64,000 bases of DNA from an uncultured Bacillota bacterium. Lineage in GTDB: Bacteria; Sysuimicrobiota; Sysuimicrobiia; Sysuimicrobiales; Segetimicrobiaceae. Position 1 is the stretch's first letter, and each line of letters starts with the position of its first letter. The notes beneath the pieces are model-generated. The model made no database searches, was not told the DNA's origin, and saw only the letters and a program-made list of their open reading frames with translations. Positions 19,610 to 29,418 of the stretch are shown here, in pieces. A program made the translations under genes and the position numbers. The stretch is taken from assembly GCA_963804645.1 (NCBI GenBank), contig CAWDRG010000009.1:96001-160000 (forward strand). Direction: 5' to 3'.

Positions 19610-20518
19610 ATGGCGCACTGGACCGTGTTTCCGGAAGAGGCGCCGGCCAAGGCGGCCGCGGCGGTGGCGGAGCAGATCGAGCGCGACGGCGGGCACGTGC
19701 TCGCCATCTACCGGGAGCCGGTCGGGGACCACTGGCAGATCTTCTCCCTGCTGCCGATGGACCGGGTCGAGCCGACGCCCTACCAGCGGGATCTCTCGCC
19801 AACGCACGCGAAGCGGCTCGCCGGCGTCATCAAGAAGCTGGACCGGTTCGTCGACCCGATCGTCGTGATGTCGCCGGAGCCGGGCCGCTACTGGACGCCG
19901 AACGGCAACCACCGCCGCGAGGTCCTGCGCAAGATGAAGGTGGCGATGATCCCGGCCATCGTCGTCCCGGAGCACGAGGTCGCCTTCCAGATCCTCGCGC
20001 TCAACACCGAGAAAGCGCACAACCTCAAGGAGAAGTCGCTCGAAGTGATCCGCATGTACCGCGGCCTCGTCGAGTCCGAACCGTCGGAGGGCGAGGAGGA
20101 CTACGCGTTTCAGTTCGAGGCCCCGCACTTCATCACGCTCGGGCTGCTCTACGAGGCCAACAAGCGCTTCGCCGGGGGCGCATTCGCGCCGATCCTCAGG
20201 CGGGTCGACAAGTTTCTCGGCGGGACGTTTCGCAAGACGCTGCCCGAACGGGAGGAGCGCGCCGCGCTCGTCCGCGAGGCCGATGAGGCGCTCGGCGGTG
20301 TCGTCGAGAAGATCAAGAAGCGCGGCATCCGCCACCCGTACGTGAAGAACTATGTGCTGTCGAGAACGACGCCGCTGACGCGTCAGCGCAAGACGCTGCC
20401 CAGCTTCGACCAGACGTTCAAGAAGCTGCGCACGAACATCGAGGCGTTCGACATCGGCAAAGTCCGCTACGAGGACATCCAGCGGTCGGCGATCATGTCG
20501 ATCCCGGCGGGCGAGTAG
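19610..20518 (+). CDS. ParB/Sulfiredoxin N-terminal domain protein (orphan)
   Basis: PTPYQR, DPIVV, PNGNHRR, ALNTEK; GGAGGAG RBS; no parA nearby. Confidence 0.75.
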   Translation: MAHWTVFPEEAPAKAAAAVAEQIERDGGHVLAIYREPVGDHWQIFSLLPMDRVEPTPYQRDLSPTHAKRLAGVIKKLDRFVDPIVVMSPEPGRYWTPNGNHRREVLRKMKVAMIPAIVVPEHEVAFQILALNTEKAHNLKEKSLEVIRMYRGLVESEPSEGEEDYAFQFEAPHFITLGLLYEANKRFAGGAFAPILRRVDKFLGGTFRKTLPEREERAALVREADEALGGVVEKIKKRGIRHPYVKNYVLSRTTPLTRQRKTLPSFDQTFKKLRTNIEAFDIGKVRYEDIQRSAIMSIPAGE

Positions 20519-20552
20519 CGCGGCGAAGATCACAAGGGGGTCCGAACGACGT

Positions 20553-21689
20553 ATGACGGATGTGATCGTGATCGGGGGAGGACTGCTCGGCTTCTCGACC
20601 GCGTACCACTGCGTGCTGGCCGGCGCCCGCACCACGCTCGTCGATCGGCGGGACGCCGGGTGGGCGACCGGCGCCGGCGCCGGGATCATCTCCCCCGAAA
20701 CGGAGACGCGGGGGCTGCCTCACTGGTTTGAGTTTGCCGTCCAGGCCGGCGCCTACTACCCCCCGCTGCTCGAATCCCTCAAAGCCGACGGCGCCGTCGA
20801 CACCGGCTACGCCCGATGCGGGCTGGTGCTTGCGGCGACCGGGGAAGATGAGGTGGACGCCTTCGCGGCCGGCCGGGACCGCATCCTGGCCCGGCAGCGG
20901 TCGCGCGGCACGCCCGCCCCCAAGGATCTCCGGGAGATCACCCCCGACGAGGCACGGCGGTTCTTCCCGGCGTTTCGAACCGTCCTGGGCGCGGTGTATC
21001 ACCGACACGCGGCGCGCGTCGACGGCCGCCTCCTCGCGCAGGCGCTGCAGAACGCCGCGCAGCGGCGCGGCCTCGAGGTGCGGCGCGGCAGCGCGACGGC
21101 GCTCACGACCGATGGGGCCCGCGTCACCGGGGTGGTGATCGACGGGGAAGCCTGCCCCGCGGCGCGCGTCGTGATCGCCGGCGGGGCGTGGTCGAAAGCG
21201 TTCGGGGATCAGCTGCGCGTGCGGATCCCGGTCGAGCCCCAGCGGGGGCAGATCATCCACCTGAAAATGCGCGGCGTGAACGTCAGCGACTGGACAATTG
21301 TGAACGGATTCCGAGGCCACTATATCGTCCCCTGGCCGGACGGCCGCGTCGTGGTCGGCGCCAGCCGGGAGACGGGCTCAGGGTACGACCCGCGTCTGAC
21401 GGCGGGCGGCGTGCGGGAGGTCCTGACCGAAGCGCTTCGCGCGGCGCCGGGCCTGGTCGACGGGGAGATTCACGAGATGCGCGTGGGCCTGCGTCCCCTG
21501 GCCGTCGACGGCCTGCCGGTGCTGGGGGCCGTCCCCGCGGTGGCGGGCGTCTACCTCGCGACGGGGCACGGCCCGTCCGGCCTTCAGCTGGGACCATTCA
21601 GCGGCAAGGTCGTCGCGGACGTCGCGCTCGGCCGCGATCCCGGGGTCGATCTCGACCCGTTCCGGGTCACACGGTTCGACGGGACCTAA
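20553..21689 (+). CDS. FAD-dependent oxidoreductase, DAO/glycine oxidase family
   Basis: IGGGLLG, AGAGII, AGGAWS, PQRGQ, GLRP..DGLPVLG, ATGHGPSG. Confidence 0.88.
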   Translation: MTDVIVIGGGLLGFSTAYHCVLAGARTTLVDRRDAGWATGAGAGIISPETETRGLPHWFEFAVQAGAYYPPLLESLKADGAVDTGYARCGLVLAATGEDEVDAFAAGRDRILARQRSRGTPAPKDLREITPDEARRFFPAFRTVLGAVYHRHAARVDGRLLAQALQNAAQRRGLEVRRGSATALTTDGARVTGVVIDGEACPAARVVIAGGAWSKAFGDQLRVRIPVEPQRGQIIHLKMRGVNVSDWTIVNGFRGHYIVPWPDGRVVVGASRETGSGYDPRLTAGGVREVLTEALRAAPGLVDGEIHEMRVGLRPLAVDGLPVLGAVPAVAGVYLATGHGPSGLQLGPFSGKVVADVALGRDPGVDLDPFRVTRFDGT

Positions 21690-21707
21690 GCGCGGGCGGC
21701 CCGGCCG

Positions 21708-22601
21708 TCACAAGATCCGCTTCCCGAGCGCGGATGCGGCGAGCGCGGCGGCGAGCCGCCCGGTGCGGTTCTCCTGGTCGCGGATGGGATTGCACTCGAC
21801 GATTTCCATGGACACCAGCGCGCCCGACTGACTGATCAACTCCATCGCCAGGTGCGCCTCCCGAAAGTTGAGGCCCCCGTCGACGGGTGTGCCGACCCCG
21901 GGGGCCCGGAGCGGGTCCACCACGTCCATGTCGAGGCTGAGGTGCAGGGGACGGCTCCCGTCCCCGGTCGCCGCGCGCAGCGCGTGCCGGATCACCGCGG
22001 CGACCCCGAGCTCGTCGATCTCCTTCATCGTCAGCACGGTGACGTCGGAGTCCCGCAGCGCCAGGCGTTCGCCCGGATCCAGGTCGCGCGCGCCGACGAG
22101 CGCCGTCTGCGACTCCCGCACCTTGGGGTGCCGCCCGCCGAGGTTGACCAGCACCGGATCGCCCCGCCCGACGATTGCGGCCAGCGGCATGCCGTGGATG
22201 TTTCCGCTCGGGGATGTCTCGGGCGTGTTGAAGTCTCCGTGGGCGTCCATCCAGATCAGCCCAAGATCCGGATGCCGCCGTCCGACGGCGGCCAGCGTGC
22301 CGAGCGCCAGGCTGTGATCACCGCCGAGCACGAGCGGCACGTGCCCGCCGTCCATCAGGCTCCCCACGGCATCGGCGACCCGTTCGCAGACCGCGACGAT
22401 CTCCTCGAGATAGTGCAGCGCGGTCCCGCCCTGGATTTGGCCCGCGACCGGGACCGTCACGTTGCCGAACTCGGTAACGGTGTGCCCGATCGCGCCGAGC
22501 GCGTCGGCGAGGCCGGCGTAGCGAATGGCGCTCGGCCCCATGTCGGTCCCCCGCAGGCTCGCGCCGAGGTCGAGCGGGACCCCGAGGATGCCGATGCGCA
22601 C
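21708..22601 (-). CDS. rocF: Arginase
   Basis: [40 protein letters not shown]. Confidence 0.92.
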   Translation of the reverse strand: MRIGILGVPLDLGASLRGTDMGPSAIRYAGLADALGAIGHTVTEFGNVTVPVAGQIQGGTALHYLEEIVAVCERVADAVGSLMDGGHVPLVLGGDHSLALGTLAAVGRRHPDLGLIWMDAHGDFNTPETSPSGNIHGMPLAAIVGRGDPVLVNLGGRHPKVRESQTALVGARDLDPGERLALRDSDVTVLTMKEIDELGVAAVIRHALRAATGDGSRPLHLSLDMDVVDPLRAPGVGTPVDGGLNFREAHLAMELISQSGALVSMEIVECNPIRDQENRTGRLAAALAASALGKRIL

Positions 22602-22620
22602 AGAGGCCGCCGAGAACCGC

Positions 22621-23067
22621 CTAGTCCGTGAGGGGGCGCTTTCCTGCGCGGTCGTACTTGATGATGTGCTCCCATTCCGACGCGTCGGAGCGCGCGACGA
22701 CCGCGACGACGGGCTCGGTGTCGCTGCGGTTGAACACCTCGTGGGGCACGCCCGGCTCGATGAAAATGAAGTCGCCCGCCTCGTTGTCGATCGAGAGCGC
22801 GCACCCCGGCCCGTACTCGTGCCGCACGTGTCCCTGGACGATGTAGAGCATGACCTCGAAGTCCACGTGGATGTGGGCGTAGGCGACGCCGCCCGGGGGA
22901 ATGGTCGCCACGTTCATCGAGAGCTGCTTCGCGCCCACGTTCTTGGCGGACAGCCCGGTCTTATACTGAATCCCGTTCCACCCACGATGGATCTTGCTCC
23001 CACGCACGGTCAAAATGCCCTGCCCGCCGTCCACATACTGCTTCAGATCCTCATCCACGGGCCCCAT
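22621..23067 (-). CDS. Cupin domain protein
   Basis: AHIHVDFE and GDFIFIEPGVPH cupin motifs; AAGGAG RBS before MGPVDE. Confidence 0.82.
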   Translation of the reverse strand: MGPVDEDLKQYVDGGQGILTVRGSKIHRGWNGIQYKTGLSAKNVGAKQLSMNVATIPPGGVAYAHIHVDFEVMLYIVQGHVRHEYGPGCALSIDNEAGDFIFIEPGVPHEVFNRSDTEPVVAVVARSDASEWEHIIKYDRAGKRPLTD

Positions 23068-23196
23068 GCGGATCTCCTTTCGCGGAGAGGCTGCCCCCGC
23101 GATAATTGACCCGCCCCCGATCAACTTCCTGCCCGCCGCGGCGGGCCGCGCGGCCACGCGGGGCCGCGCGGCCCCCCTCCTCCACGTGCGGCGCCG

Positions 23197-23481
23197 CTAC
23201 GGCGCCAGCGAGACCTCGCCCCAGGTCGTACCGGTGGCGTCCGAGTACAGCGCATCGAGTTTGACGTCGCGGAACTCGGGATCCGCGTTCAGACTGTCAA
23301 AGTGCGCGAACGAATCGATCTCGTAGATGAACAGCCGGTTCGGGCTGCCGGACGTCATCGACGCGTAGTACCGGAAGTTCCGCCCGCCGTGCCGTGCGAC
23401 GACGGCTTGGAGCTTGCGCAGCTCGCGCTTGACCTGCTCCTTGTCGTTCGGGTGGATCTGAAACGCGTGATGGACGATCAT
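23197..23481 (-). CDS. Small hypothetical protein, possible dimeric alpha-beta barrel (NIPSNAP-like)
   Basis: GGAGG RBS; coding-like 94 aa; YEIDSFAHFD..ADPEF pattern. Confidence 0.6.
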   Translation of the reverse strand: MIVHHAFQIHPNDKEQVKRELRKLQAVVARHGGRNFRYYASMTSGSPNRLFIYEIDSFAHFDSLNADPEFRDVKLDALYSDATGTTWGEVSLAP

Positions 23482-23502
23482 CGGGCATCCTCCGCTCCCA
23501 GT

Positions 23503-23736
23503 CTAGAGTTGCACGGTCTCCAGGACCTTGCCGAGTTCCTGCCGCAGCTGCGGGGTGTCCGCGTGCCCGTGGACTTTGATCGCGTGCGCGCAGGCCGCCT
23601 CCACCAGGTCGGCGCGCTGGTGCTCGGGCGCCATGATCACGAGCTGGCAGTTCTTCTCGCTCGGAAACTTGCCGCAGTTGACCGCGAGCCATGTACCGCT
23701 CTTGAGGTCGAGCGTCCCTAGCTGCATCGTGCTCAC
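23503..23736 (-). CDS. DUF1059-like small metal-binding protein
   Basis: NC..PSEKNC...LVEAACAHAIKVHGH.DTP.LR pattern. Confidence 0.72.
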   Translation of the reverse strand: MSTMQLGTLDLKSGTWLAVNCGKFPSEKNCQLVIMAPEHQRADLVEAACAHAIKVHGHADTPQLRQELGKVLETVQL

Positions 23737-24349
23737 CTCTCCATCAGACTAGTGGTCCAACGCGCGGGTCGCGCCGCGAGCGACGGAGTCGCCCGGGCCC
23801 ACGGCGTTGCCGTGTGCCGAATGCGTCGAGGCGACGTGGGGGGCGCGTGAGCCCACATTGGACCCGAGGATCGTCTCGCGGGTCCGAGCTCGCTCGACGA
23901 ACGCGCGCGGATGGCGAGCGCCGGCGGAACACGCCACCCGGTGCGCGCGGTCGACAATGTGCGTGACCGATGGAGCGGATTGCCGCGCAGCGCGCGGAAC
24001 GGTTGGAGCGGCTCGGCCGACGGCCACACCCTGACAAACTCGCCGCGAACCGATTCACCTCTGACGACCGCGGCCAGGCTGACGCCCCGGAAGGCGGGTG
24101 CCCCGGGAGCACCCGTGACCGTCCGATGGTGCGCGATCCCGGCCGGAACGCCGCTGCTCGCGGGCGCGACCAGTGCGCCGGACGTCACAAAGACCAGGCT
24201 CAGCACGATCCACATCATCGTCGCGCACACCCCGGTGTCCCGCGCCGATCAGTCGTAGTCACTCGACGTTCTCTGCAGTGTCCCGGAGTCCCTTGGCCCG
24301 AACGACGTCGCCGGCGAAGCACGCCACCGCGGCGGCCGCGGCCTGCGCG

Positions 24350-25195
24350 CTACGCGGGTCCGCGCCGCGCACTGCCCGCCCGGCCCAGATGGTGGACGAG
24401 ATAGTGCGCAAGGTCCGTCCGACCGCTTCCGCCCGCCCCCGTCGGCCGGTCGCCGGGGTGGTCCAACACCGTCACGGACGTGTCGCCGGAAAAGAACGCC
24501 CACGCGTCGGTCCCGGGCTCGAGCGTAGCGGGCTGCTGGACCGTCAATTCCAGCCGCAGCACCCGCCGCGTCTCTCCGGCCGGTCGAGGCAGTTCGACGA
24601 CCGTGTTCCCCACGATGTGGCACCCGGCCAGGATCGTCGCTGTCACCGCTCGGGGTGTGGCAGACGGCACGTTGAGGTTGACGAGGGGCGTCCGGTGGCC
24701 GGGCGCGGCATCCGCGGCGAGGGATCGCCCGGCCAGCAACTCGGCGACTCGCCGCGCGGTCCGCGCGGCGGTGTCCCACGCGGGACCGGCGGGGTCCCGA
24801 CGGCAGGACACCGCGATCCCCGGGATCCCCAGGGTCGTTGCGACCCGCGCGGCGCCGACCGTGCCGGACAAATAGGTGTCGCACCCAAGGTTCGGCCCGG
24901 GGTTGACGCCCGATACGACGAGATCGGGGCGCGGCACCAGGGTGCCGAACGCCGCGACAAGCACGCACGTCGCAGGCGTCCCGGCCAATTGGAACGCGGC
25001 TGCCGCCCCCATGCGCACGACTTCCGGGACGTCCTGCGCGTCGATGTCCCGGCGCACGCTCAGCGACGCGCTGGAGGCGCTGCGATCATCGCTCGGCGCG
25101 AGCACTATGACCTCGTGGGCGGTCGCGAAGGCCCGCACGAGGGCGTGCAACCCCTCGCTGCCGATCCCGTCGTCGTTGGTCACGAGCACGCGCAT
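24350..25195 (-). CDS. surE: 5'/3'-nucleotidase SurE family protein
   Basis: MRVLVTNDDG, GTPATCV, SGVNPGPNLG..LSGTVGAA; GAGGAGG RBS; C-terminal half divergent. Confidence 0.82.
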   Translation of the reverse strand: MRVLVTNDDGIGSEGLHALVRAFATAHEVIVLAPSDDRSASSASLSVRRDIDAQDVPEVVRMGAAAAFQLAGTPATCVLVAAFGTLVPRPDLVVSGVNPGPNLGCDTYLSGTVGAARVATTLGIPGIAVSCRRDPAGPAWDTAARTARRVAELLAGRSLAADAAPGHRTPLVNLNVPSATPRAVTATILAGCHIVGNTVVELPRPAGETRRVLRLELTVQQPATLEPGTDAWAFFSGDTSVTVLDHPGDRPTGAGGSGRTDLAHYLVHHLGRAGSARRGPA

Positions 25196-25249
25196 GTCGT
25201 CTGCCTCCTCTGGGCGGGGCGCACGCGCCCCGTCATTGGGTCCGGCCGG

Positions 25250-25560
25250 AGGCCACTTCCCGGCCGCGGCCGCGAACGTTTCGATGATCTGCCGCTGCCA
25301 GAAGAGATAGGCCGGCACCGCCGGCGCGCACACCAGGACGCTGGCGGCGGTCAGCGGACCCCACAACCCGGCGCCTTCTCCGAGAAACTGCGCAATGCCT
25401 GTCTGCATCGTGTGCATCGACGTCGCGGGCGCCGCCAGCAGCGGCCAGACACTCGGTCCAGGTGTTGCGCAGCACGAGGAGCCCGAGCGCGGTGATCGCC
25501 GGCCGCAGCCGCGGCAGCATCACGTGCGCCGGCCGCGGCGACATCCGCGAACCGCCGGGC
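25250..25560 (-). pseudogene. Degraded carbohydrate ABC transporter permease (MalG/UgpE-type C-terminus), frameshifted
   Basis: HVMLPRLRPAITALGLLVLRNTW in one frame, then TMQTGIAQF..WGPLTAASVLVCAPAVPAYLFWQRQIIE in another. Boundaries approximate. Confidence 0.68.
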
Positions 25561-25918
25561 AGTGCCATTATCTCGGCACATCCGGAATCGACGGTGCGGG
25601 GGTCTGCGAAGGACAGGCAAAGATTTCGGCAACAGTCGCGCATGGGACGCACGATCGAACAGCGGCCGGCTCGCGGAGGGTCCGGGAGCAGCCCGCCGAC
25701 GTTAGATCGACGTCGCCGGGCGGTATAACAGCACCAACGGCGCGGCGGTCGACCGACCGCGGTAAGGGTGCCTCACCGCTAAGCCCCGAAGGTCCGGACT
25801 CCCGACCCGCCGAACCCCGACCGCGACAGGTCGATGTCTGTCGTGGGAGCTGACGAATGGCTCGTCGGCCGAAGAAGCGGGCTGCGAAGAGACCGGCGGC
25901 TTGGCGGCGGGCAGAGGT

Positions 25919-25990
25919 ATGACCGCGCCCCGCCGTGTGGCAGCGATCCTTGCCGCCGATGTAGCAGGCTACTCGCGCCTCATGGGGTTG
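25919..25990 (+). pseudogene. Class III adenylate/guanylate cyclase N-terminal remnant
   Basis: MTAPRRVAAILAADVAGYSRLMG, after which similarity stops abruptly. Confidence 0.68.
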
Positions 25991-26112
25991 GAACGGACAA
26001 GACGTGAGAATTCAACGCGCCTTGGCTTAGACAAGCCTACAGCGTGGTGCCGCCCCCGCACCACGCAAGCTCCTCAGCCCAGCATGTCCGTGCCGCCTGA
26101 ACTGAGAGCCTT

Positions 26113-27306
26113 GTGCTGAAAACCACGTACGATATCGTCATCGTAGGAGGCGGTCTTGGCGGCTCGACCTTCGCCAAAGTCATGGCGGAAAGCGGCGCGC
26201 GCGTGCTGGTGCTCGAGCGAGAAACACGGTTCCGAGACCGCGTGCGTGGTGAAGCCGTACATCCCTGGGGCGTGATCGAGGCCACGCGATTGGGCATCGC
26301 TGATCTGCTTCAATCGACGTGCGCGCATACGATCCCTTGGTTCGAGCGATACCGCGGCGAGACGCGGGTCCTTCACCACGACTTAGTCGCGCAGTACGGC
26401 GCACCGGAGCTGAAGTTTTACCATCCGGCGATGCAGGAGGCTCTGCTTCAGGCAGCCGCAGACGCCGGCGCGTGCGTTCGACGCGGCGTCCACGTGCGAG
26501 ACGTTCGGGGTGGTGCACCGCCGGAGGTGACGGCGGCATGCGACGGCGGCGTTGAGACTTGGTGTCCCCGGCTCGTGGTCGCTGCCGACGGGCGAAACTC
26601 GCTGGCGCGCCGATGGGGAAAGTTTTCGGTGCGGCGCGACCCCAAGCTCTCGCTGATAGCGGGGCTGCTCTTTGATGGGATGCCGGCCCCGACCGATTGG
26701 GTGCGCATCTTCACCACGCAGCTGGACCGCGCCGTCCTGTGTTTCCCGCAGGGGAACGGTCGTGTGCGGCTCTACTACGTCCATCGCTATGATGTATCTC
26801 CGCTCCGGGGCGAGGCAGACGTGCCTCACTTTGTCGCAGCGGCGAGGAGCGCCGGGGCGCCAGCCCAGCTGTTCGCTGAGGCCAGGCCGGCCGGCCCGCT
26901 CGCGACCTTTGATACCGCCGATCGATGGGTGAACCACCCGTATGGCAACGGGGTTGTGCTCATCGGCGACGCTGCGGCCACGAACGATCCGACGAATGGT
27001 GACGGTATGTCGCTGACGCTGCGGGACGCGCGGGTGCTGCGGGATTGTCTGCGTCACGACGCTGACTGGGACACCGCGGCGCACGCGTACGCGGCGGAAC
27101 ACGACCGCTACTACGGCGTGCTCCACGCGGTGCAGGGCTGGTTTAGAGAGTTGTTTCGCGACCTGGGACCGGACGGTGAGGCGCGGCGGGCGCGTGTGTT
27201 GCCACTCCACCAACAGGATCCGTCCCGAATCCCGGACCACATTTTCGGCGGACCGGATCTGCCCTTCAACGAGACCATTCGGCGTCGTTTCTTCGGCGAG
27301 GAATAG
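26113..27306 (+). CDS. FAD-dependent monooxygenase (FAD_binding_3 / UbiH-like)
   Basis: VGGGLGG, RDRVRGE, AADGRNS, LIGDAA..DPTNGDGM. Confidence 0.85.
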   Translation: MLKTTYDIVIVGGGLGGSTFAKVMAESGARVLVLERETRFRDRVRGEAVHPWGVIEATRLGIADLLQSTCAHTIPWFERYRGETRVLHHDLVAQYGAPELKFYHPAMQEALLQAAADAGACVRRGVHVRDVRGGAPPEVTAACDGGVETWCPRLVVAADGRNSLARRWGKFSVRRDPKLSLIAGLLFDGMPAPTDWVRIFTTQLDRAVLCFPQGNGRVRLYYVHRYDVSPLRGEADVPHFVAAARSAGAPAQLFAEARPAGPLATFDTADRWVNHPYGNGVVLIGDAAATNDPTNGDGMSLTLRDARVLRDCLRHDADWDTAAHAYAAEHDRYYGVLHAVQGWFRELFRDLGPDGEARRARVLPLHQQDPSRIPDHIFGGPDLPFNETIRRRFFGEE

Positions 27307-27330
27307 TACAGGGTGGAAGCGGCGCACAAG

Positions 27331-27374
27331 CGTTTGCTGAAATGATACGTGCCGTTCGCTGAACGTTCGCTGAA
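27331..27374 (+). promoter_or_regulatory. Three phased 11-bp direct repeats CGTTYGCTGAA upstream of acyl-CoA synthetase
   Basis: Copies at 27331, 27353 and 27364 (spacing 22 and 11 bp). Confidence 0.45.
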
Positions 27375-27497
27375 CACTCACGTGGCAAACTGCCGGAGAT
27401 AATGGCATCCTACAACGCGGCAGGGGATCTCCCCCGCTGTTCGAAGACCTCTCCCAAACGCCGCGCACGCACCAGGTGCACGCGGGGGGAGACCATC

Positions 27498-29138
27498 ATG
27501 CGCGAGCTGTCCTATGCGCACGGCGCGCATCCAACGCCGCTCCTCGGTGAGACGATCGGCGACAACCTCAGGCGCACCGTGCGGGACGCCCCGGACAGTC
27601 CCGCGCTCGTGGTGCGCCATCAGGGCTACCGGGCGACTTACCGCGAGTTCTGGGGCCAGGTGACGCAGGCGGCGCGGGGGCTGCTCGCCCGCGGCGTGCA
27701 GAAGGGCGAGCGCGTCGGCATCTGGGCGCCGAACCGTTACGAGTGGGTCGTCACGCAGTACGCGACGGCCCGCATCGGCGCGATTCTGGTCAACATCAAC
27801 CCGGCCTACAAGACCACGGAGCTCGAATACGCGCTCACGCAGTCCGGGGTCAGCGTCCTTTTGCTCGCCCGGGGATTCCGCCAGTCAGATTATGTCGGCA
27901 TGGCCGAGGACGTGCGGCCGCGCTGCCCGGCCCTGCGGGAACGGATCGTCCTCGACGACGGCTGGCAGGCGCTGCTCGACGCCGGCGCGCGCGTCTCCGA
28001 ACGCGATCTCGCCGCCGCCGAAGCGGCGCTCCAGTTCGACGAGCCGATCAACGTGCAGTACACCTCGGGCACGACGGGGTTTCCGAAGGGCGCCACGCTC
28101 TCCCATCACAACATCCTGAACAACGGCTTCTTCATCGGGGAGGCGCTGCGCTACGGGACCCGCGACCGCGTGTGCATTCCCGTGCCGTTCTACCACTGCT
28201 TCGGCATGGTGCTCGGCAACCTGGCCTGCACCACGCACGGAGCGTGCATCGTCGTGCCGGGCGAGGCGTTCGACCCGCTCGCGGTGCTGGAGGCGGTCCA
28301 GGCGGAGCGGTGCACGTCGCTGTACGGCGTTCCCACGATGTTCATCGCCGAGCTCGATCATCCCCGGTTCTCGGAGTACGATCCCTCGAGCCTCCGCACC
28401 GGCATCATGGCCGGCTCCCCGTGTCCGGTCGAGATCATGAAGCGGGTCCAGTCGCAGATGGGCATGCGGGAGGTCACCATCTGCTACGGGATGACCGAGA
28501 CCTCGCCGGTCTCCACCCAGAGCGCGCTCGACGACCCGCTCGACAAGCGGGTGGCGACCGTGGGGCGGGTCCACCCCCACGTCGAGATCAAGATCATCGA
28601 CCCCGTCACGCGGGCCGTCGTGCCCCGCGGCGTGCCCGGCGAGCTGTGCACCCGCGGCTACGCGGTAATGCTCGGCTACTGGAACAACGACGCCGCGACC
28701 CGCGAGGCAATCGACGAGGCCCGATGGATGCACACCGGGGATCTTGCGACGATGGACGCGGACGGATACGTCAATATCGTGGGCCGCCTCAAAGACATGA
28801 TCATCCGGGGCGGGGAAAACATTTACCCCCGCGAGGTCGAGGAGTTCCTGTACACGCACCCCGCCGTCGCCGACGTCCAGGTGATCGGCGTGCCGAGCCG
28901 CCAGTACGGCGAGGAGGTGATGGCCTGGATCAAGGTGCGCGACGGAGCCCAGGTGACCGAGGACGAACTGCTGCAGTTCTGCCGGGGCAAGATCGCGACG
29001 GTCAAGATCCCGCGGTACTGGAAGTTCACCGACGCCTTCCCGCTGACGGTCACGGGGAAGGTGCAGAAGTTCCGGATGCGCGAGGTCGCGATCGTCGAGC
29101 TCGGCCTCCAGGAAGCCGCCGCGATCCGAACGGCCTGA
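27498..29138 (+). CDS. AMP-binding acyl-CoA synthetase
   Basis: [40 protein letters not shown]. Confidence 0.92.
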   Translation: MRELSYAHGAHPTPLLGETIGDNLRRTVRDAPDSPALVVRHQGYRATYREFWGQVTQAARGLLARGVQKGERVGIWAPNRYEWVVTQYATARIGAILVNINPAYKTTELEYALTQSGVSVLLLARGFRQSDYVGMAEDVRPRCPALRERIVLDDGWQALLDAGARVSERDLAAAEAALQFDEPINVQYTSGTTGFPKGATLSHHNILNNGFFIGEALRYGTRDRVCIPVPFYHCFGMVLGNLACTTHGACIVVPGEAFDPLAVLEAVQAERCTSLYGVPTMFIAELDHPRFSEYDPSSLRTGIMAGSPCPVEIMKRVQSQMGMREVTICYGMTETSPVSTQSALDDPLDKRVATVGRVHPHVEIKIIDPVTRAVVPRGVPGELCTRGYAVMLGYWNNDAATREAIDEARWMHTGDLATMDADGYVNIVGRLKDMIIRGGENIYPREVEEFLYTHPAVADVQVIGVPSRQYGEEVMAWIKVRDGAQVTEDELLQFCRGKIATVKIPRYWKFTDAFPLTVTGKVQKFRMREVAIVELGLQEAAAIRTA

Positions 29139-29151
29139 GTGCCGGCCCCCG

Positions 29152-29364
29152 TCAGTCCTCCGGCGCCGAGAACGGCGGCCCGTCCGGGATCTGCCCCCGC
29201 GTCACGGACGTCCTGGCGAGGTCCGCGAAGATGGCCGCGAGCACGACCAGTCCCACCAGCAGTCCCCGCGTGTGCCGCAGGGTCTCCCGCACCGGCGCGG
29301 CCGCGCTCCCCGCGACCTCGGCGCGCGCGGTGCCTTGAGATGCCAGCGCTGAACGGTGTAGCAT
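29152..29364 (-). CDS. Small hypothetical single-pass membrane protein
   Basis: GGAGGGAG RBS; hydrophobic GLLVGLVVLAAIF; directly downstream of the flagellar cluster. Confidence 0.45.
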   Translation of the reverse strand: MLHRSALASQGTARAEVAGSAAAPVRETLRHTRGLLVGLVVLAAIFADLARTSVTRGQIPDGPPFSAPED

Positions 29365-29418
29365 GGTCTCCCTCCCGGATTCGGGCCCACGGGCGGCGGC
29401 GCCCCCCGGCGCGCCCCT

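Noticed and set aside
23733..24230. 165-aa ORF with a hydrophobic N-terminus and HAPP, as a possible RAPP-type arrest leader
   Set aside because: The motif is not RAPP and not terminal, and composition looks non-coding; insufficient support.
24350..25417. 355-aa membrane-anchored SurE fusion
   Set aside because: The N-terminal extension is better explained as a permease pseudogene remnant; surE has its own RBS and ATG at 25195.
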